Origin: Rhodocyclaceae bacterium UBA6160 | GTDB lineage: Bacteria > Pseudomonadota > Gammaproteobacteria > Burkholderiales > Rhodocyclaceae | Direction: 5' to 3' | Assembly (NCBI GenBank): GCA_002422995.1 | Contig: DIUK01000096.1 | Span: forward strand, 1 to 49,421 | DNA: 49,421 bases | Shown here: piece by piece, positions 45,545-49,421 of the stretch | How positions within the stretch are numbered: position 1 is the stretch's first letter | Layout: each line of letters opens with the position of its first letter | Translations under genes and position numbers: made by a program | The notes under the pieces: generated by a model | Databases searched by the model: none | Told to the model about the DNA's origin: nothing | The model's input: only the letters and a program-made list of their open reading frames with translations

Positions 45545-47655
45545 AGTGAGTTTGGTTGTGCTAAATCTGATTTGGTTTGAATTTCAAGTATAGGTAGTCT
45601 GACACGAAAGCGTGTGCCGATATTTTCTTCGCTTTCTACCGTGATTTCCCCGCCGAGTTCTTGTATGTATTGTCGACTCTCATAAGCGCCTATACCCATT
45701 CCTGCTTGCTTGGTTGTTTGAAAGGGTTTGAAGAGTCGTTCCCGAATAAATTCGGCTGACATGCCTTGCCCGGTATCACCCACTTCAATTTGAGCCATTC
45801 CCGCTTCACGGCCGACAGTCATCCATACTTTGCCTTGAGCATCAGTTGCATCTAATGCATTTTGAACCAAATGGCCTATCACGCGTTCTATGCGCTCTTC
45901 CTGACCGCGAATAGAGACTTTTTCATGAATGGTAAGGTCAACAGCAGGGCGCGAGGCAATTTTTGAGCGTTGAATCCGCTCTGCAATTTGATCCAAGCGG
46001 ACACCACTAAAAGGGTCCGCAGTGGTTGCGCCTTCACGTAACTGCAGCATCAGCTGTCGCATGCGGTCTACAGAGTGACTTACTGTTGAGAGCATGTCTT
46101 TTTGGAACTCTGCGTTATCTGCGTGGCGTTCAGCGTTTCGTACAACCAGGGAAAGTTGCGTCAGAATATTTTTGAGGTCGTGGACAACAAAAGCAGACAT
46201 ACGATTAAAGGAATCAAACTTGCGTGACTCCAGTAAGGCTTCTGTTGCTTGCATCTGTGCTAAAAACGTCGCCGCTTGGCGGCCAGCCGTTTTCAATAAA
46301 TCATTAACCTCCCAGTTAAGGTCTATTGGCGTTCGCGATGTATTAAGAATCACAAAGCCGACCATGCCAGCGGATGTGCGTAAAGGAATGACTAGCCAGG
46401 CGGTAGACATTTCAAGCAACCAAGAGGGTAATTGCAGTTCGCCATAGCGTCCAGGCTTGGCGCGGTACTCCTCCAGGCTGAGTACCCAGCCGGAAGTATC
46501 TAAAGTCTTGATAATTTCACTTTGGGGTGTTTCGGTAATATCCGAGACAGGAAAGTTCCAGCGAGCGCTTTGAATGAATTTTTCTCCAGAAATATCCTTC
46601 GTCCACAGCGCGCCAGCGGGGCTTTCGACCATATCTGCTAAGCCACGAATGACTTGTTGTCCTAGTTGTAATACGCTATTTTCAGAACATAAGGCATTCG
46701 TAAATTTGAGCCATTCTTCTCGATAGTCGTAACGATAGCGAAAGAAGTTTTTACCAATGACTACTTTAAGCCAGGCGCGAACAGAGCCGGATAACCAGAG
46801 CAAAATAAGCAGCAAAAAAGCAGCGAATAAAACACCGATTTGTAAGGCGCCACCCCAGCTACCCCCTAGAAATCGAACGTAATAACCGGCCGCAGAGGTG
46901 GCAAGAAGGTAAATGCCAACGAGTGCCAGTGTAGCGGTTTGAAAGACGGCTGTTTTAGAGAGGGTGATGTTCAGCGGACGTGATTGCGTGCGATAGATAG
47001 TCAATACGAGTAAGGGGATAATTGACGCAGACGCAAATCCACGCACGGCAAAAGTATCACCATCAATTTGCTTTAGCATGACGGTGATGGAATAAAAGTA
47101 CAAATCAAAAACAAAAATGGCGACTAACCCAATGGCCAGTGGCTTAATGTTCCAACGAGACTCTTCTGTCGTGTTTCGGTATAACTGTTCCAGCAGTACT
47201 ATTCCAAAAATAACGAGCGCAAGCCCGGCGTAATGGGCGGTATATGTTGCTGCTAGAGAGTAAGGTTCCAGTATGCGAAGTGTTTGCAATGCCAGACTGA
47301 GAAAGGTGAGCGTGCCACCAATAAAAAACAAGCGGGAGGGACGCCATTCAGGTGGGGGACTGCGGTCAGTTGGCGAGGGCAAAAGTAACAACGTTAGCAA
47401 AAAAAACCACGAGCCATAGCGCAGTGCATCAAAAACTTCGTGAATTGGTTGCAGAGGAATAAAGGTGTAGAGGTGAACACTTGTTCCGGTGGCAGCCCAT
47501 AGGGCTGTGAGTATCGCTGCAGCAATGAGTGCATGACGAATCCGGTTTGATACTGCCGCCGACTGTAAGCGGACAAGATGAACCGCGAGGGCGCTATAGC
47601 CAAATAAGGCTAGTCCGTAACCCCAAAGTGCAAGAAGTGATAGCTCGCTATTCAT
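45541..47655 (-). CDS. prsK: XrtA/PEP-CTERM system histidine kinase PrsK
   Basis: N-terminal TMs, FRYRYDYREEW, GAF domain, H-box FVVHDLKN, N-box HLVQNA, DTGQGM and GMGIGAYE. Confidence 0.95.
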   Translation of the reverse strand: MNSELSLLALWGYGLALFGYSALAVHLVRLQSAAVSNRIRHALIAAAILTALWAATGTSVHLYTFIPLQPIHEVFDALRYGSWFFLLTLLLLPSPTDRSPPPEWRPSRLFFIGGTLTFLSLALQTLRILEPYSLAATYTAHYAGLALVIFGIVLLEQLYRNTTEESRWNIKPLAIGLVAIFVFDLYFYSITVMLKQIDGDTFAVRGFASASIIPLLVLTIYRTQSRPLNITLSKTAVFQTATLALVGIYLLATSAAGYYVRFLGGSWGGALQIGVLFAAFLLLILLWLSGSVRAWLKVVIGKNFFRYRYDYREEWLKFTNALCSENSVLQLGQQVIRGLADMVESPAGALWTKDISGEKFIQSARWNFPVSDITETPQSEIIKTLDTSGWVLSLEEYRAKPGRYGELQLPSWLLEMSTAWLVIPLRTSAGMVGFVILNTSRTPIDLNWEVNDLLKTAGRQAATFLAQMQATEALLESRKFDSFNRMSAFVVHDLKNILTQLSLVVRNAERHADNAEFQKDMLSTVSHSVDRMRQLMLQLREGATTADPFSGVRLDQIAERIQRSKIASRPAVDLTIHEKVSIRGQEERIERVIGHLVQNALDATDAQGKVWMTVGREAGMAQIEVGDTGQGMSAEFIRERLFKPFQTTKQAGMGIGAYESRQYIQELGGEITVESEENIGTRFRVRLPILEIQTKSDLAQPNSL

Positions 47656-47839
47656 TATCTTGTTGATTCTACTCGCTAGTGATTAAGTCTTTGTCATGAA
47701 AGCATTAAATCTTGGTTGAGTTTGATTCCAAGAGAAGGCAGGCAAAATGGTTTTGCTTACCTGACAATAATAAGTATCCTGGCAAGGACTTTCATTTTTT
47801 GATCTTCAAGCGTTGATCAAGAAATAATTTAGGGTTTGG

Positions 47840-49087
47840 CTAGGTGCGATGGTGTTTGTCCAATGTCTTTCTTTCAGGTAACCCTGAAAAAAGTACGCCA
47901 CAAATCCAGGCGAAAAATAATCGCTCGGTGAAGTCGAGCATAAAAGAGTTGAAGGTATTACCGATCAGAAAAGCAAATAAGACACCATAGGCTATTTGTC
48001 GATAGGGTGGTGCAAGATAACGAGCCTGCCAGAGCAAGGTTGTAAAAAGACTGATTAAAGCGACCATGCCAAGCAAGCCAAATTGCGCGCTGGTGAGTAA
48101 ATACTGATTGTGAGGGTTATTCGATGGTGCCATTTGTGTGCCTTTGATCTTTGCGCTATAGGCAACTTCAAATCCACCGACACCTACGCCAAACCAAGGA
48201 TGGTCTTTGATGATAGCAAGGGTATTTGAGTAATAGTCGAGTCGTAATCCAATAGATGACTTATCACCTGCCTTGGGTTTCCAAGCCTGCGCTTCAGCAA
48301 TGGCTGTTCGCGTACGGTCATAAAAAGTGTCTGATAGTTGGTAGGCCAATGTGCCTATGGCAAGGCTAAAAAATAACGCGAGCGCAAGCCCTTTTTTACC
48401 AAAGCGGCAGTAGAAAAGATAAGTCGCTAAAGCGACCAGCACCAGATAGCCGGTTCTGCCTATCACCATGAATAAAACATTAACGCCTGCCAATATGGCG
48501 AGGATGATGAACGTCCGGCGCCAAAAAAATAATTGTGCATATTGCGCTCCTAGTGCAAACATAAAGGCGCTGATAGCCATGAGAAAACCATGCGTGATAG
48601 ATAATTTGAAAACGACTGGATTGCTTGTGCCGGTTAACGCTCTATCGGCTAAAAAACCTGTAGCTGAAGGAACCCAGCCAAACCGTAAGGCGTACGATAA
48701 AACTAAGGTGAGTAGCATGGCGAGGCTAAACGCGATGAGCGCATAAAGACGATGTCTGGCAGATGAAAACAGTGGCATTAGTAAAGGAGCGGCTAATAGC
48801 GAAGCATATTTGCCAAAGTAAAACTTTTTGTCTGTTATATCGCCTTGGCCATATAAGCCACCTAGTGCAGTTAAGGCAACAAAGGCAAGGATCATCAATG
48901 CCACAGGATTGCGAACAAGGGATTGGAACTTACGGTAATAGTTACCTGAAAGAGCGAAAAAAAATAACGTTAAACCAAGGAAAATATTACTGGCAGCCGT
49001 GGATATGGGGAGCGCGAAACCCATGGCAATAGCCATCCATGTGGCTGTATTATTCATGCTATTACTCAGTTTTTCAGCGATTGTCAT
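47840..49087 (-). CDS. O-antigen ligase family protein (WaaL-like)
   Basis: GRTGY, SSIGLRL, HPWFGVGVGGF and NPHNQY; about 11 TMs. Confidence 0.88.
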   Translation of the reverse strand: MTIAEKLSNSMNNTATWMAIAMGFALPISTAASNIFLGLTLFFFALSGNYYRKFQSLVRNPVALMILAFVALTALGGLYGQGDITDKKFYFGKYASLLAAPLLMPLFSSARHRLYALIAFSLAMLLTLVLSYALRFGWVPSATGFLADRALTGTSNPVVFKLSITHGFLMAISAFMFALGAQYAQLFFWRRTFIILAILAGVNVLFMVIGRTGYLVLVALATYLFYCRFGKKGLALALFFSLAIGTLAYQLSDTFYDRTRTAIAEAQAWKPKAGDKSSIGLRLDYYSNTLAIIKDHPWFGVGVGGFEVAYSAKIKGTQMAPSNNPHNQYLLTSAQFGLLGMVALISLFTTLLWQARYLAPPYRQIAYGVLFAFLIGNTFNSFMLDFTERLFFAWICGVLFSGLPERKTLDKHHRT

Positions 49088-49112
49088 GGGGTGCTGTACC
49101 TGGAGGTAAGAA

Positions 49113-49421
49113 TTAGGTTTTTACACAGGAGCTGGTAATGGCAGTTAATAACGCTTCGATATTCTTCGACATGAGAAACTGCGTGCGAACAAAGTCATGG
49201 CCATGACTTGCCATCTGTTTCATTTCGTGTGGATGTTCAAGCGCCCAGGTGAGTGTCGTTACCCATGCGCTTACGTCGCCCGGGGCGACAAGCAGGCCAG
49301 TGTGTTCATGCGTGATGGTTTCTGGAATGCCTCCCGTTCTGCTGGCGACCACCGGAATGCCAAGCGAGAGCGCTTCGCTTTGCGACATGCCAAGCGGTTC
49401 GTACAAAGAGGGTTGCACGAC
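49113..49421 (-). CDS. Glycosyltransferase family 4, C-terminal part (5' end outside the window)
   Basis: PSLYEPLGMSQSEALSLGIPVVASRTGGIPE and TGLLV. Confidence 0.85.
   Translation of the reverse strand, partial: VVQPSLYEPLGMSQSEALSLGIPVVASRTGGIPETITHEHTGLLVAPGDVSAWVTTLTWALEHPHEMKQMASHGHDFVRTQFLMSKNIEALLTAITSSCVKT

Overview
This window looks betaproteobacterial (inferred from protein style; the genus cannot be assigned). It is almost entirely a ~46 kb exosortase A (XrtA)/PEP-CTERM-associated surface polysaccharide locus. The first 2.4 kb hold the end of an organic-acid catabolism cluster: MmgE/PrpD, a CitE-like lyase and an unknown membrane protein. A + strand block (2.6-21.6 kb) encodes the OPX exporter, chain-length determinant, tyrosine autokinase, beta-barrel, ATPase, deacetylases, FemAB-like protein, glycosyltransferases, xrtA, an O-glycosylation ligase and a GNAT protein. 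A convergent - strand block (21.8-43.4 kb) encodes a GT-C, HAD-UbiA, acyltransferase, GH88/105, further GTs, pyruvyl- and methyltransferases, Wzx, a VanZ/ligase fusion, a beta-helix protein and ManC. The window ends with an LMW-PTP, prsK/prsR and a WaaL-like gene. The five most notable observations are: (1) a DUF559 nuclease gene bracketed by three copies of a GC-rich hairpin repeat, inserted in the operon like a REP-associated mobile element; (2) a sharp junction near 45085 fusing the receiver half of prsR to a headless PLP decarboxylase; (3) a three-gene modification cassette bounded by a 12-bp direct repeat and next to a multi-hairpin intergenic region; (4) an apparent ATA start codon on the chain-length gene; (5) two small membrane proteins, one missed and one mis-started by the ORF track. 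No rRNA, tRNA, CRISPR array, transposase or PEP-CTERM substrate was seen. All family calls come from motif recognition, not database searches.
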